Source: a phage. From it: 64,000 nucleotides of DNA. A program made the translations under genes and the position numbers. Shown here piece by piece: positions 13,297 to 24,240 of this stretch. Location: the sequence record PZ402301.1; one strand, 5' to 3'. Numbering within the stretch: the first letter of the stretch is position 1; every line of letters begins with the position of its first letter. The notes below the pieces were generated by a model. The model saw nothing but the letters and a program-made list of their open reading frames with translations, was not told where the DNA came from and did no database searches.

Positions 13297-14427
13297 TTAT
13301 GGATAGGTATAGATGATACCAGTTTCTAAAGCAGTTTTATGAATGATGTATCCATTACGCGATTCTTGAACATCAACTTCTGGATAGTCTTTCATCATCT
13401 TCTGAAGAGTGTAACGATGCAAGTAGTACTTACTATCTGGGTCGTCAGTTTTCCAGTCTTTACCTTCTTCAGTCATTTTTTGGATTTCATCCATAACCCA
13501 CCAACCGCACCAGATATAAGCTGAAGTACGATGTGGAAGAGGATGAACATAAGGTAATTCACCTTCTGGTTCCGGAGCAACTTTATCAGTCACTTGAACT
13601 TGACCTGTTGTTTTAACTGTTTTACTATCATAGTCAGTTGCTGTAACGACAGCAGTAACTTCAATAGTTTGACTTCCAATAGATGAGGTGTCAACGGTGT
13701 ATACGTTAGTTGACCCTTCTACAGGAGAAGAATCTTTCTTCCACGAGTAAGTAATTTGTGCTGCCTCAGGTGCGCCAGTAACATTAGCAGTAAATGTAGC
13801 CGAAGCATCTTGCTGAACATTAATAGAAGGAGGAGTCAATGTAACCTGTGGATTCATTGTCTTCTTATTAACAGTCAGTGATACTTCATTAGAAGTAACG
13901 CTCAGTGCATCATAATCTGCCGCGGTTACTTGAGCTACACACTTAATTTTTTTAACTCCGCTTGTAGTAGGAGTGTAATTGAATGTAGCACTAGTTGCTT
14001 CGCTCACAGGAGAATCATCTACATGCCACTGATACGTAGCAGATGCACCTGATGGTTGAGAAGCTAAGGCAGCAGTAAATTGAACTGGGGTTCCAATTAC
14101 TCCAGCAGCAGGACTAGCAGGAGTTACAGCTAAGGTAGTTGTCTGTGTCTTATTTTGAACTGTGATAGTTGTAGTAGCTTCTGCTGTTTCAGGTTCAGAT
14201 TCTGCAACTTGATTGGTTGCAACTACTTTAATAGTCTTTTGACCGGCAGGTCCTTTTAGTACATAACTAAAAGTTGCTTCAGCTCCATCTTGTGGAACAT
14301 CATCTACAGTCCAAGCATATGTAATAGGTCCATCTCCAGTTTGACCACTGGGTGTAGCAGTAAACTGCTGAGTCTGATCTATAACTCCAGTAGGTGTTTT
14401 AGGAGTTATATCAACTGTAAAAGCCAT
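13297..14427 (-). CDS. hoc: head outer capsid protein Hoc (Ig-like repeats)
   Basis: 376 aa as T4 Hoc; T/S/V-rich repetitive beta-rich sequence consistent with tandem Ig-like domains. Confidence 0.9.
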   Translation of the reverse strand: MAFTVDITPKTPTGVIDQTQQFTATPSGQTGDGPITYAWTVDDVPQDGAEATFSYVLKGPAGQKTIKVVATNQVAESEPETAEATTTITVQNKTQTTTLAVTPASPAAGVIGTPVQFTAALASQPSGASATYQWHVDDSPVSEATSATFNYTPTTSGVKKIKCVAQVTAADYDALSVTSNEVSLTVNKKTMNPQVTLTPPSINVQQDASATFTANVTGAPEAAQITYSWKKDSSPVEGSTNVYTVDTSSIGSQTIEVTAVVTATDYDSKTVKTTGQVQVTDKVAPEPEGELPYVHPLPHRTSAYIWCGWWVMDEIQKMTEEGKDWKTDDPDSKYYLHRYTLQKMMKDYPEVDVQESRNGYIIHKTALETGIIYTYP

Positions 14428-14436
14428 AAGTTATCC

Positions 14437-15117
14437 TTATTTTAATGTTACGAAAGAAGAGTTGCGTGTTTCACGAATTAGAACTGATCCGTCACGGTTA
14501 ATGTAGTAAATTAAGCTAAATAAAGTTTGGTGTGCCGACGCGTGTTCAAAACTAGTTGGGTGAGATTTCCAATCCGGAGTTTCAGCAATCCACTGGTAAA
14601 TCCACCAAGGAACAGTGCAGAATCCTGGATTTTTTCCAATCAGCTGAAGATTCGGACTAAAGTTTTCCGGAAGAGTAAATACAGACGGCTTTTCAGATTC
14701 AATAATCTCAGCTACGGCCTGCTCGAATTTTTCTTCAACAAAAGGAGTATCTTCAATTAAAACATCGGTATTTTCAGGAATTTTATCCGTTTCTACTACT
14801 TCAATTTTAATGTCAGATTTAACCGGAGAATCAATCAGAAGTGCTGCCTCTGGATTGACTTCTTCATCGTCATATTTTAATCCCTCTGCAGCATCAGCAG
14901 CATTGATTAAGTCTTTAATAGATAACCCATCAGTCTCTGGCATAGGTTCACTAGCGAGCTTCTGGAGGGCTTCTTCAATATCAATAACGATATTATCAAA
15001 AGATTTATTCTTTTTGACCTTTATACCAAACTGTTCAGCATATTCAGCTAATTTAGCCTTAGCTTCTTTATTATCATCAAGAGCCTTCAGCTCTGCAATA
15101 TAATCTTTATCTATCAT
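14437..15117 (-). CDS. inh: Inh, inhibitor of prohead protease
   Basis: 226 aa as T4 Inh; position between hoc and uvsW. Confidence 0.85.
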   Translation of the reverse strand: MIDKDYIAELKALDDNKEAKAKLAEYAEQFGIKVKKNKSFDNIVIDIEEALQKLASEPMPETDGLSIKDLINAADAAEGLKYDDEEVNPEAALLIDSPVKSDIKIEVVETDKIPENTDVLIEDTPFVEEKFEQAVAEIIESEKPSVFTLPENFSPNLQLIGKNPGFCTVPWWIYQWIAETPDWKSHPTSFEHASAHQTLFSLIYYINRDGSVLIRETRNSSFVTLK

Positions 15118-15130
15118 AATATTTCCTCAG

Positions 15131-15138
15131 TATAAATA
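15131..15138 (+). promoter_or_regulatory. late promoter box TATAAATA upstream of uvsW
   Basis: Exact TATAAATA 30 nt upstream of uvsW ATG. Confidence 0.5.
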
Positions 15139-15167
15139 TAGATATATTTATTACATGGTATTTAGAC

Positions 15168-16679
15168 ATGACTGACATTAAAGTACATTTTTATGATTTT
15201 AGTCACGTGAGAATTGATTGTGAAGAAAGTACATTTCATGAACTCCGTGATTTCTTTAGCTTTGAAGCTGATGGGTATCGTTTTAATCCGAAGTACAAAT
15301 ATGGTCACTGGGATGGACGAATCCGTCTTTTAGATTATAATCGCCTTCTTCCGTTTGGCTTAGTCGGGCAAATTAAAAAGTTCTGCGATAACTTTGGCTA
15401 TAAAGCCTGGATTGACCCGCAGATTAACGAAAAAGAAGAATTATCAAGAAAAGATTTTGATGAATGGCTTTCTAAATTAGAAATTTATTCAGGAAATAAA
15501 AGAATTGAACCGCACTGGTATCAAAAAGATGCAGTGTTCGAAGGATTAGTTAATCGTCGTAGAATTCTTAATCTTCCAACATCCGCAGGTAAATCTTTAA
15601 TTCAAGCTTTGCTCGCACGTTATTATTTGGAAAATTATGAAGGTAAAATTCTTATCATTGTTCCAACAACTGCTCTGACAACTCAGATGGCTGATGACTT
15701 TGTTGACTATCGTTTATTCAGTCATGCAATGATAAAGAAAATCGGTGGTGGAGCATCAAAAGATGATAAATATAAAAATGATGCGCCAGTCGTTGTTGGT
15801 ACATGGCAAACTGTAGTAAAACAGCCGAAAGAATGGTTCTCACAGTTTGGAATGATGATGAATGATGAATGCCATCTTGCTACAGGAAAAAGTATTTCAT
15901 CTATCATATCAGGTTTAAATAACTGCATGTTCAAATTCGGTTTGTCTGGTTCATTACGCGATGGCAAAGCCAATATCATGCAGTATGTTGGAATGTTCGG
16001 TGAAATATTTAAGCCAGTAACGACTTCTAAATTAATGGAAGATGGACAAGTAACTGAGTTAAAAATTAATAGTATTTTTCTTCGCTATCCTGATGAGTTC
16101 ACTACTAAATTAAAGGGAAAAACTTACCAAGAAGAAATAAAAATTATTACTGGGCTCAGTAAAAGAAATAAATGGATCGCTAAATTAGCTATTAAACTTG
16201 CACAAAAAGATGAAAACGCTTTTGTCATGTTTAAACACGTATCGCACGGTAAAGCTATTTTCGATTTAATTAAAAATGAATACGATAAAGTTTATTACGT
16301 ATCAGGGGAAGTTGATACCGAAACACGCAACGTAATGAAAACCTTAGCTGAAAACGGTAAAGGAATAATTATAGTAGCTAGTTATGGTGTATTTTCTACT
16401 GGTATTTCAGTTAAAAATCTGCATCACGTTATTTTAGCACACGGTGTTAAATCTAAAATTATTGTATTGCAAACAATAGGTCGCGTATTACGTAAGCATG
16501 GTTCTAAAACAATCGCAACGGTCTGGGACCTCATTGATGATTGCGGTGTTAAGCCAAAATCTGCTAATACGAAAAAGAAATACGTTCATTTGAACTATCT
16601 TTTAAAACACGGCATTGATCGTATTCAGCGCTACGCAGATGAAAAATTTAATTACGTAATGAAAACAGTTAATTTATAA
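15168..16679 (+). CDS. uvsW: UvsW DNA/RNA helicase (SF2)
   Basis: 503 aa; helicase motifs LPTSAGKS (Walker A) and DECH (Walker B); T4 UvsW size. Confidence 0.92.
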   Translation: MTDIKVHFYDFSHVRIDCEESTFHELRDFFSFEADGYRFNPKYKYGHWDGRIRLLDYNRLLPFGLVGQIKKFCDNFGYKAWIDPQINEKEELSRKDFDEWLSKLEIYSGNKRIEPHWYQKDAVFEGLVNRRRILNLPTSAGKSLIQALLARYYLENYEGKILIIVPTTALTTQMADDFVDYRLFSHAMIKKIGGGASKDDKYKNDAPVVVGTWQTVVKQPKEWFSQFGMMMNDECHLATGKSISSIISGLNNCMFKFGLSGSLRDGKANIMQYVGMFGEIFKPVTTSKLMEDGQVTELKINSIFLRYPDEFTTKLKGKTYQEEIKIITGLSKRNKWIAKLAIKLAQKDENAFVMFKHVSHGKAIFDLIKNEYDKVYYVSGEVDTETRNVMKTLAENGKGIIIVASYGVFSTGISVKNLHHVILAHGVKSKIIVLQTIGRVLRKHGSKTIATVWDLIDDCGVKPKSANTKKKYVHLNYLLKHGIDRIQRYADEKFNYVMKTVNL

Positions 16680-16692
16680 GGGCTTCGGCCCT
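16679..16692 (+). other. small C(UUCG)G hairpin overlapping uvsW stop
   Basis: AGGGC-TTCG-GCCCT between uvsW and uvsW.1. Confidence 0.4.
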
Positions 16693-16704
16693 TTGGAGAA
16701 AAAG

Positions 16705-16935
16705 ATGTTACTAGAATTTAAACAATTTCTTTATGAAGCTTCTATTGATGAATTTATGGGTAAAATTGCCTCTTGTCAAACATTAGAAGGTCTAGAAGAA
16801 CTTGAAGCTTATTACAAGAAAAGAGTTAAAGAAACTGAATTAAAAGATACTGATGACATCTCTGTGAGAGATGCTTTGGCAGGAAAAAGAGCTGAATTAG
16901 AAGATTCAGACGATGAAGTAGAAGAAAGCTTTTAA
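16705..16935 (+). CDS. uvsW.1: UvsW.1 small acidic protein
   Basis: ORF-track start 16693 is TTG; ATG at 16705 with GGAG upstream gives 76 aa. Confidence 0.8.
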   Translation: MLLEFKQFLYEASIDEFMGKIASCQTLEGLEELEAYYKKRVKETELKDTDDISVRDALAGKRAELEDSDDEVEESF

Positions 16936-16990
16936 ATTAAAAAAGGCCCAACCAAAAAGGAAGGGCCAAAACTATAGACTAAAGGTCACA

Positions 16991-17158
16991 CTATAGCAAA
17001 AGTTGTGTTTCATTTAATTGTTCTTCCGAACTTTCTGAAACTGGTAGTTCTTTAATGTAATTATAGCAAGGCCCAGGATGTACAGGACCTTTGTCTGTTT
17101 CAACAACCAATGCAGAATCGATTGGAGTTTTACAGACAACACAAATCTTATCTGACAT
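16991..17158 (-). CDS. small 55-aa Cys-containing ORF (possible uvsY.-1 equivalent), below ORF-track cutoff
   Basis: Hand-translated minus-strand ORF MSDKICVVCKTPIDSALVVETDKGPVHPGPCYNYIKELPVSESSEEQLNETQLLL with ATG start, in otherwise uncovered gap between uvsW.1 and uvsY.-2. Confidence 0.4.
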   Translation of the reverse strand: MSDKICVVCKTPIDSALVVETDKGPVHPGPCYNYIKELPVSESSEEQLNETQLLL

Positions 17159-17186
17159 GATTGTCTCCTCTAAATTATATATCTAT

Positions 17187-17411
17187 TTATATAACTCTCA
17201 TATGCATATCAATGCCCATATCTTTAGAATAAAAATATTCATCAAGATATCCGGCAAATTTTCCTTTAATATAAAGTACATCTTCACCGCATGGATGGTC
17301 GGCCAGGATACGAATATCCTGACGCTTGAGATTATACTTTTTCATTAAGAATTGAATTTCCGTTTCAAATTCTTCTTCATAATTAAAAGCATCATCAATG
17401 CTATATTTCAT
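17187..17411 (-). CDS. uvsY.-2: hypothetical protein (positional uvsY.-2)
   Basis: 74-aa ORF ending at uvsY stop-start junction. Confidence 0.6.
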   Translation of the reverse strand: MKYSIDDAFNYEEEFETEIQFLMKKYNLKRQDIRILADHPCGEDVLYIKGKFAGYLDEYFYSKDMGIDMHMRVI

Positions 17412-17824
17412 TATTTTCCAGCCTCAAATGCTCGCATGTCTTGAATATGCTTAATAGCAAATCCGCGTGATTTAATAGCATCAAGAGCTCCGCTACAGAA
17501 ATCTAATAAAATTCCCCAATATTGTAATGAAGTATCAACTTTTAAAACATCCTTATCAGCTGATAGAACTGTCTTCATTTCTGATTTCTCATAACGATCC
17601 ATACTAAATTCATCACCATCTCCTCGTCCCGAGTAGTAGTCTAATTTAGCTTTAAGAGCAACTTTTTTCTGCGCGTCAATTCTAAGCATTTCCTTTTTAA
17701 TACTTGAATGCTTATTGAGCCATTTACTATATAACATTACGTTATTAGCTGCTTCATACTGTAATTTAGTCGAATCTATAAACACATCTTTCTTCAATTC
17801 TTCTTGAAGATCTTCTAATTTCAT
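17411..17824 (-). CDS. uvsY: UvsY recombination mediator
   Basis: 137 aa as T4 UvsY. Confidence 0.9.
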   Translation of the reverse strand: MKLEDLQEELKKDVFIDSTKLQYEAANNVMLYSKWLNKHSSIKKEMLRIDAQKKVALKAKLDYYSGRGDGDEFSMDRYEKSEMKTVLSADKDVLKVDTSLQYWGILLDFCSGALDAIKSRGFAIKHIQDMRAFEAGK

Positions 17825-17890
17825 ATTGTTCTCTATTCAATTGTTATTGGATGGACTTAGATTCATTATACCACGTTTATACGTGAAGCA

Positions 17891-18289
17891 TTATACTCTG
17901 TTACTGGAAGCCAGTTGTAGTTTTATCTGCTCAATATCATCAGGGTTATCGATGACTGAAAAGCGTATTTCTACTATCAGAGTATAATCATCATAAACTG
18001 GTATTACATTAACTGCTAATTTATCAATACGTGGCTCGTAGTTTCTTACTGCGCTTTCAATGTTACGCTCAACAGTATCAGCAGTAAGAGGAGTCATATT
18101 CTCAAAAAGCTGATCAGATAAATCGCATCCAAATTCTGGGTCAAATGGCCTTGACCCTTTCCTGGTTGTAATAATTCCTAAAAGACTATTTTTAATTGAC
18201 CTTAATCCAAGAGATCTGGAAACGTCTTTGTCCCAATCCATTTTCATTTCTGGGTCAATGTCAGAATAAAGCTTATTAATATTTGCCAT
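17891..18289 (-). CDS. 25: baseplate wedge protein gp25
   Basis: 132 aa as T4 gp25; gene order 25-26-51. Confidence 0.9.
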   Translation of the reverse strand: MANINKLYSDIDPEMKMDWDKDVSRSLGLRSIKNSLLGIITTRKGSRPFDPEFGCDLSDQLFENMTPLTADTVERNIESAVRNYEPRIDKLAVNVIPVYDDYTLIVEIRFSVIDNPDDIEQIKLQLASSNRV

Positions 18290-18915
18290 TACAATAGCTC
18301 AAAGAATTCTTTGAGTCCTCTTATTACATGAGCGTGAGATTTTCCACACTCTGGACACTTAATTGGAACAGCCAAATAAACAGTAGGCTTTAAAAGCATA
18401 TCTTTTATAGCTACAATATCTGACTCTGTGATGATAGAATATAAATCTTCCAACTCTTTTTCATTTAAGTCTTCAACTGGAATGCTTTCACCGTTAGCAT
18501 GAATCGTTTCTATACATGATACTATCATGTGGGCTATATTTTTATCATCAAAAATTTTAGGGTAATGGAACTTAATTTTAATGTCACCCAGTGTATACCA
18601 GAGGTCTTCTGGTGCATCTATTTGTGTATGTAATAGATTTATATGGGTTGGTATTTCAGTTCCACAGGTGCACTTCCAGGAGTTTTCGTGATTAACTTCT
18701 CCAAGAGAATGTGCCCATAAATGAATCAATAGTAGTTCTGATTCTTGGCGGTTTAAATCTTTTGCATTTGTGCATTCTTTGATTAGCTTTTTAACGATCT
18801 CTTCTACTGAACCGTTCTTTTTAGCAGTAATAAGTTCTAGATATTCTTTAAGAGTAAATGCGCGACAGTTGATTATTTTAGAACCAACTCTCACATCAAA
18901 TTTGTATTCATACAT
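18289..18915 (-). CDS. 26: baseplate hub assembly protein gp26
   Basis: 208 aa; start overlaps... stop of 26 coincides with start of 25 (1-nt overlap). Confidence 0.88.
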   Translation of the reverse strand: MYEYKFDVRVGSKIINCRAFTLKEYLELITAKKNGSVEEIVKKLIKECTNAKDLNRQESELLLIHLWAHSLGEVNHENSWKCTCGTEIPTHINLLHTQIDAPEDLWYTLGDIKIKFHYPKIFDDKNIAHMIVSCIETIHANGESIPVEDLNEKELEDLYSIITESDIVAIKDMLLKPTVYLAVPIKCPECGKSHAHVIRGLKEFFELL

Positions 18916-18936
18916 ATTTAGCTCCTTTATTTATCA

Positions 18937-18948
18937 TATTTATAAATA
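18937..18948. promoter_or_regulatory. overlapping divergent late promoter boxes for gene 26 (minus) and gene 51 (plus)
   Basis: TATTTATAAATA: minus-strand TATAAATA at 18937-18944 and plus-strand TATAAATA at 18941-18948, in the 50-nt gap between divergent genes. Confidence 0.5.
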
Positions 18949-18965
18949 GAATAAAAGGAGCATCT

Positions 18966-19715
18966 ATGGCAAACATTATTCGTTGTAAATTACCAGATGG
19001 TGTTCATCGTTTTAAACCATTTACGGTAGAAGATTATCGAGATTTTTTGTTAGTTCGAAACGATATAGAACATCGGTCACCACAAGAACAAAAAGAAATA
19101 ATTGCTGATTTAATTGCTGATTATTTTGGAGACTATCCGAAGACTTGGCAACCATTTATATTTTTGCAGGTATTTGTAGGGTCAATAGGTAAAACTAAAG
19201 TACCGGTCACATTTGTATGTCCAAAATGTAAAAAAGAAAAGACAGTTCCATTTGAAATATATCAAAAAGAATTAAAGGAACCTGTTTTTGATGTAGCTAA
19301 TGTTAAAATTAAATTAAAGTTTCCTTCTGAGTTTTATGAAAATAAAGCAAAGATGATTACTGAAAATATTCATTCTGTTCAAGTAGATGAAATGTGGTAT
19401 GATTGGAATGAAATTAGCGAATCAAGTCAAATAGAACTTGTTGATGCCATCGAGATAGAAACATTAGAAAAAATTCTCGATGCAATGAATCCTATTAATT
19501 TAACATTGCATATGTCATGCTGTAATAAGTATGTAAAAAAATACACTGATATAGTAGATGTGTTTAAGCTATTAGTTAACCCAGATGAAATATTTACTTT
19601 TTATCAAATCAATCACACGCTCGTAAAAAGTAATTATAGCTTAAATTCAATAATGAAAATGATTCCTGCTGAGCGCGGATTCGTATTAAAACTGATTGAG
19701 AAGGATAAACAATAA
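18966..19715 (+). CDS. 51: baseplate hub assembly catalyst gp51
   Basis: 249 aa as T4 gp51. Confidence 0.88.
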   Translation: MANIIRCKLPDGVHRFKPFTVEDYRDFLLVRNDIEHRSPQEQKEIIADLIADYFGDYPKTWQPFIFLQVFVGSIGKTKVPVTFVCPKCKKEKTVPFEIYQKELKEPVFDVANVKIKLKFPSEFYENKAKMITENIHSVQVDEMWYDWNEISESSQIELVDAIEIETLEKILDAMNPINLTLHMSCCNKYVKKYTDIVDVFKLLVNPDEIFTFYQINHTLVKSNYSLNSIMKMIPAERGFVLKLIEKDKQ

Positions 19716-20890
19716 TGAGTATGTTGCAACGCCCAGGATATCCAAATCTCAGCGTTAAATTATTTGATAGCTACGACGCTTGGAGTAATAATAGATTTGT
19801 TGAATTAGCTGCTACTATTACCACATTAACTATGCGGGATTCTCTTTATGGCCGAAATGAAGGAATGCTGCAGTTTTATGATTCTAAAAATATCCATACA
19901 AAAATGGATGGAAATGAAATAATTCAGATTTCTGTAGCTAATGCAAACGATATTAATAATGTTAAAACAAGAATTTATGGATGTAAGCATTTTTCAGTGT
20001 CAGTAGATTCAAAGGGTGATAACATCATTGCTATTGAATTGGGAACTATTCATTCTATAGAAAATCTTAAATTTGGCAGACCGTTTTTCCCTGATGCAGG
20101 TGAATCTATAAAGGAAATGCTTGGCGTCATTTATCAAGACCGCACATTATTAACTCCAGCAATAAATGCTATAAATGCTTATGTTCCTGATATTCCGTGG
20201 ACTAGCACATTTGAAAACTATTTGTCATATGTCAGAGAAGTTGCTCTAGCTGTAGGAAGTGACAAATTTGTATTTGTGTGGCAAGACATCATGGGAGTTA
20301 ACATGATGGACTATGATATGATGATAAATCAAGAACCGTATGCAATGATTGTTGGTGAGCCGTCTTTAATAGGTCAATTCATCCAAGAATTAAAATATCC
20401 ATTAGCATATGATTTCATTTGGTTGACTAAATCGAATCCTCACAAACGTGATCCAATGAAAAACGCTACTATCTATGCGCATTCATTTTTAGATTCTTCA
20501 TTGCCAATGATTACTACAGGAAAGGGCGAAAACTCTATTGTAGTGTCAAGGTCAGGTGCTTATTCTGAAATGACTTATAGGAATGGATATGAAGAAGCTA
20601 TTCGTCTTCAAACTATGGCACAATATGACGGCTATGCTAAATGTTCTACTGTCGGTAATTTTAACTTGACACCTGGTGTTAAAATTATTTTTAATGATAG
20701 TAAAAACCAATTTAAAACAGAATTTTACGTTGATGAAGTTATTCATGAATTATCAAATAATAATTCAGTAACTCATCTATATATGTTCACCAATGCAACG
20801 AAACTGGAAACAATAGACCCAGTTAAGGTTAAAAATGAATTTAAATCTGATACTACCACTGAAGAAAGTAGTTCTTCCAATAAGCAATAA
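19715..20890 (+). CDS. 27: baseplate hub protein gp27
   Basis: 391 aa as T4 gp27. Confidence 0.9.
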   Translation: MSMLQRPGYPNLSVKLFDSYDAWSNNRFVELAATITTLTMRDSLYGRNEGMLQFYDSKNIHTKMDGNEIIQISVANANDINNVKTRIYGCKHFSVSVDSKGDNIIAIELGTIHSIENLKFGRPFFPDAGESIKEMLGVIYQDRTLLTPAINAINAYVPDIPWTSTFENYLSYVREVALAVGSDKFVFVWQDIMGVNMMDYDMMINQEPYAMIVGEPSLIGQFIQELKYPLAYDFIWLTKSNPHKRDPMKNATIYAHSFLDSSLPMITTGKGENSIVVSRSGAYSEMTYRNGYEEAIRLQTMAQYDGYAKCSTVGNFNLTPGVKIIFNDSKNQFKTEFYVDEVIHELSNNNSVTHLYMFTNATKLETIDPVKVKNEFKSDTTTEESSSSNKQ

Positions 20891-21368
20891 AGAAGTTTCT
20901 ATTCCTAAAATGGGTCTTAAACATTATAACATTTTAAAAGATGTTAAAGGTCCTGATGAAAATTTAAAACTTCTTATTGATTCTATTTGTCCGAATTTAT
21001 CACCAGCAGAAGTTGATTTCGTTTCTATTCATTTATTGGAATTTAATGGAAAGATTAAATCTCGTAAAGAAATAGATGGTTATACTTATGACATTAATGA
21101 TGTTTATGTATGCCAAAGATTAGAATTTCAATACCAAGGAAATACATTTTATTTTAGACCTCCTGGAAAATTTGAACAATTTTTAACTGTGAGCGATATG
21201 TTATCCAAATGCTTGCTTAAGGTCAATGATGAAGTTAAAGAAATTAATTTTCTTGAGATGCCAGCATTCGTTTTAAAATGGGCAAATGATATTTTTACAA
21301 CTTTAGCAATTCCTGGCCCTAATGGTCCAATAACCGGAATTGGCAATATTATTGGATTATTTGAATGA
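20835..21368 (+). CDS. 28: baseplate hub distal subunit gp28
   Basis: 177 aa; overlaps 3' end of gene 27 by 56 nt in another frame. Confidence 0.85.
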   Translation: MNLNLILPLKKVVLPISNKEVSIPKMGLKHYNILKDVKGPDENLKLLIDSICPNLSPAEVDFVSIHLLEFNGKIKSRKEIDGYTYDINDVYVCQRLEFQYQGNTFYFRPPGKFEQFLTVSDMLSKCLLKVNDEVKEINFLEMPAFVLKWANDIFTTLAIPGPNGPITGIGNIIGLFE

Positions 21369-23137
21369 AAAAGCCACAAGAAATGCAAACGATGCGTAGA
21401 AAAGTTATTTCAGATAATAAACCAACACAGGAAGCGGCTAAATCCGCTTCTAACACTTTATCTGGACTTAACGATATATCTACGAAATTGGATGATGCTC
21501 AAGCTGCTTCTGAATTAATTGCTCAAACTGTCGAAGAAAAATCGAATGAAATAATTGGAGCAATTGACAATGTAGAAAGCGCAGTGAGTGATACTACTGC
21601 TGGTTCTGAGTTAATTGCTGAAACTGTTGAAATTGGCAATAATATTAATAAAGAAATCGGTGAATCACTCGGGAGCAAATTAGATAAATTAACAAGTTTA
21701 CTAGAGCAAAAAATTCAGACAGCCGGAATTCAACAAACAGGAACTAGTTTAGCCACAGTTGAAAGCGCTATTCCTGTTAAAGTTGTTGAGGACGATACAG
21801 CTGAATCTGTGGGTCCTTTATTACCAGCTCCTGAAGCAGTTAATAATGATCCTGATGCTGATTTTTTCCCTACCCCTCAGCCAGTTGAACCCAAACAAGA
21901 ATCACCAGAAGAAAAACAGAAAAAAGACGCATTTAACTTAAAATTATCTCAAGCTTTAGATAAATTAACAAAGACTGTTGATTTCGGATTTAAGAAATCC
22001 ATTTCAATTACTGATAAAATATCAAGCATGCTATTTAAGTATACCGTCAGTGCTGCTATTGAAGCTGCTAAAATGACTGCAATGATATTGGCTGTTGTTG
22101 TTGGAATAGACCTGTTGATGGTTCATTTCAAATATTGGTCAGATAAATTTTCACAGGCTTGGGATTTGTTTAGTACAGACTTTACTAAATTCTCTAGCGA
22201 AACCGGAACATGGGGTCCTTTATTACAGAGCATCTTTAGTTCTATTGATGAAATTAAAAAATTCTGGGAAGAGGGAGATTGGGGCGGTTTGACGGTAGCT
22301 ATTGTAGAAGGGCTTGGAAAGGTTCTTTATAATTTAGGAGAACTTATTCAGCTTGGAATGGCTAAATTATCTGCGGCAATTCTTCGAGTCATTCCTGGTA
22401 TGAAGGATACTGCTGATGAAGTAGAAGGAAGAGCACTAGAAAATTTCCAAAATTCTACTGGAGCATCTCTCAATAAAGAAGACCAGGAAAAAGTTGCAAA
22501 TTATCAAGATAAACGAATGAACGGAGACCTTGGTCCGATAGCAAAAGGATTAGATAAAATTGCTAATTGGAAAACTCGTGCATCTAACTGGATTCGCGGC
22601 GTTGATAATAAAGAAGCACTAACTACCGACGAAGAACGCACAGCAGAAGAAGAAAAATTAAAGCAACTTTCACCAGAAGAAAGAAAAAATGCTTTAATGA
22701 AGGCTAATGAAGCCCGTGCCGCGATGATTCGTTTTGAAAAATACGCTGATTCGGCTGATATGAGTAAAGACTCAACGGTTAAATCAGTTGAAGCTGCCTA
22801 TGAAGACCTTAAAAAACGGATGGATGACCCGGATTTAAATAATTCACCGGCAGTTAAAAAAGAACTTGCTGCTAGATTTTCTAAAATTGATGCTACTTAT
22901 CAAGAGCTCAAGAAAAATCAGCCTAATGCCAAACCTGAAACTTCTGCTAAATCGCCAGAAGCAAAACAAGTCCAGGTAATAGAAAAGAACAAAGCACAGC
23001 AAGCTCCTGTTCAACAAGCATCTCCTTCGATCAATAATACTAATAATGTTGTTAAGAAAAATACTGTCGTTCATAATATGACACCCGTAACGAGCACGAC
23101 TGCTCCTGGTGTATTTGATGCGACTGGAGTTAATTAA
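21365..23137 (+). CDS. 29: tail length tape-measure protein gp29
   Basis: 590 aa as T4 gp29; long helical/low-complexity regions. Confidence 0.9.
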   Translation: MKKPQEMQTMRRKVISDNKPTQEAAKSASNTLSGLNDISTKLDDAQAASELIAQTVEEKSNEIIGAIDNVESAVSDTTAGSELIAETVEIGNNINKEIGESLGSKLDKLTSLLEQKIQTAGIQQTGTSLATVESAIPVKVVEDDTAESVGPLLPAPEAVNNDPDADFFPTPQPVEPKQESPEEKQKKDAFNLKLSQALDKLTKTVDFGFKKSISITDKISSMLFKYTVSAAIEAAKMTAMILAVVVGIDLLMVHFKYWSDKFSQAWDLFSTDFTKFSSETGTWGPLLQSIFSSIDEIKKFWEEGDWGGLTVAIVEGLGKVLYNLGELIQLGMAKLSAAILRVIPGMKDTADEVEGRALENFQNSTGASLNKEDQEKVANYQDKRMNGDLGPIAKGLDKIANWKTRASNWIRGVDNKEALTTDEERTAEEEKLKQLSPEERKNALMKANEARAAMIRFEKYADSADMSKDSTVKSVEAAYEDLKKRMDDPDLNNSPAVKKELAARFSKIDATYQELKKNQPNAKPETSAKSPEAKQVQVIEKNKAQQAPVQQASPSINNTNNVVKKNTVVHNMTPVTSTTAPGVFDATGVN

Positions 23138-23145
23138 GGAATAAT

Positions 23146-24240
23146 ATGGCAATTGTTAAAGAAATAACTGCTGATTTAATTAAAAAGTCCGGTGAGAAAA
23201 TTTCAGCCGGACAGAGTACTAAATCAGAAGTAACAACTAAAACATACACTGCCCAGTTTCCAACTGGGCGTGCTAGTGGTAATGACACTACAGGGGACTT
23301 CCAGGTAACAGATCTATATAAGAATGGATTATTATTTACTGCATACAATATGTCATCTAGGGATTCTGGAAGTCTTAGATCGATGAGATCTAACTACTCT
23401 TCTTCATCTTCGAGTATTTTACGTACAGCCAGAAACACTATCAGTAATACAGTATCAAAACTGTCAAATGGATTAATATCAGATAATAATTCAGGAACAA
23501 TAAGTAAAGCCCCTGTTGCAAATATTCTTTTACCAAGATCTAAATCCGATGTTGATACATCATCACATAGATTTAATGATGTTCAAGAAAGTCTTATCAG
23601 CAGAGGCGGAGGTACTGCTACTGGTGTGCTAAGTAATATTGCTTCAACTGCAGTATTTGGGGCACTAGAAAGTATAACACAAGGTATAATGGCTGATAAT
23701 AATGAACAGATTTATACGACAGCTAGAAGTATGTATGGCGGTGCTGAGAATAGAACTAAAGTGTTTACATGGGATTTGACTCCACGTTCCACAGAAGATT
23801 TAATGGCTATTATTAATATCTATCAATATTTTAACTATTTTTCTTATGGTGAAACGGGTAAATCTCAATATGCTGCTGAAATAAAGGGGTATTTAGATGA
23901 TTGGTATCGTTCTACGTTAATTGAACCTTTATCTCCGGAAGACGCAGCTAAAAATAAAACACTATTTGAGAAAATGACATCGAGTTTAACTAACGTCCTA
24001 GTAGTTTCAAACCCGACAATTTGGATGGTGAAAAACTTTGGTGCAACATCTAAGTTTGATGGAAAAACGGAAATATTTGGCCCATGCCAAATACAAAGCA
24101 TCAGATTTGATAAAACACCTAATGGTAACTTTAACGGATTAGCTATTGCTCCAAACCTCCCTAGTACATTTACTCTCGAGATTACTATGAGAGAAATTAT
24201 CACGTTAAACCGTGCTTCTTTATATGCGGGGACTTTTTAA
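23146..24240 (+). CDS. 48: baseplate-tail tube initiator gp48
   Basis: 364 aa as T4 gp48. Confidence 0.9.
   Translation: MAIVKEITADLIKKSGEKISAGQSTKSEVTTKTYTAQFPTGRASGNDTTGDFQVTDLYKNGLLFTAYNMSSRDSGSLRSMRSNYSSSSSSILRTARNTISNTVSKLSNGLISDNNSGTISKAPVANILLPRSKSDVDTSSHRFNDVQESLISRGGGTATGVLSNIASTAVFGALESITQGIMADNNEQIYTTARSMYGGAENRTKVFTWDLTPRSTEDLMAIINIYQYFNYFSYGETGKSQYAAEIKGYLDDWYRSTLIEPLSPEDAAKNKTLFEKMTSSLTNVLVVSNPTIWMVKNFGATSKFDGKTEIFGPCQIQSIRFDKTPNGNFNGLAIAPNLPSTFTLEITMREIITLNRASLYAGTF

Noticed and set aside
17091-17348. 85-aa plus-strand ORF
   Set aside because: Antisense to the small Cys ORF and uvsY.-2; AT-rich low-complexity translation with no RBS
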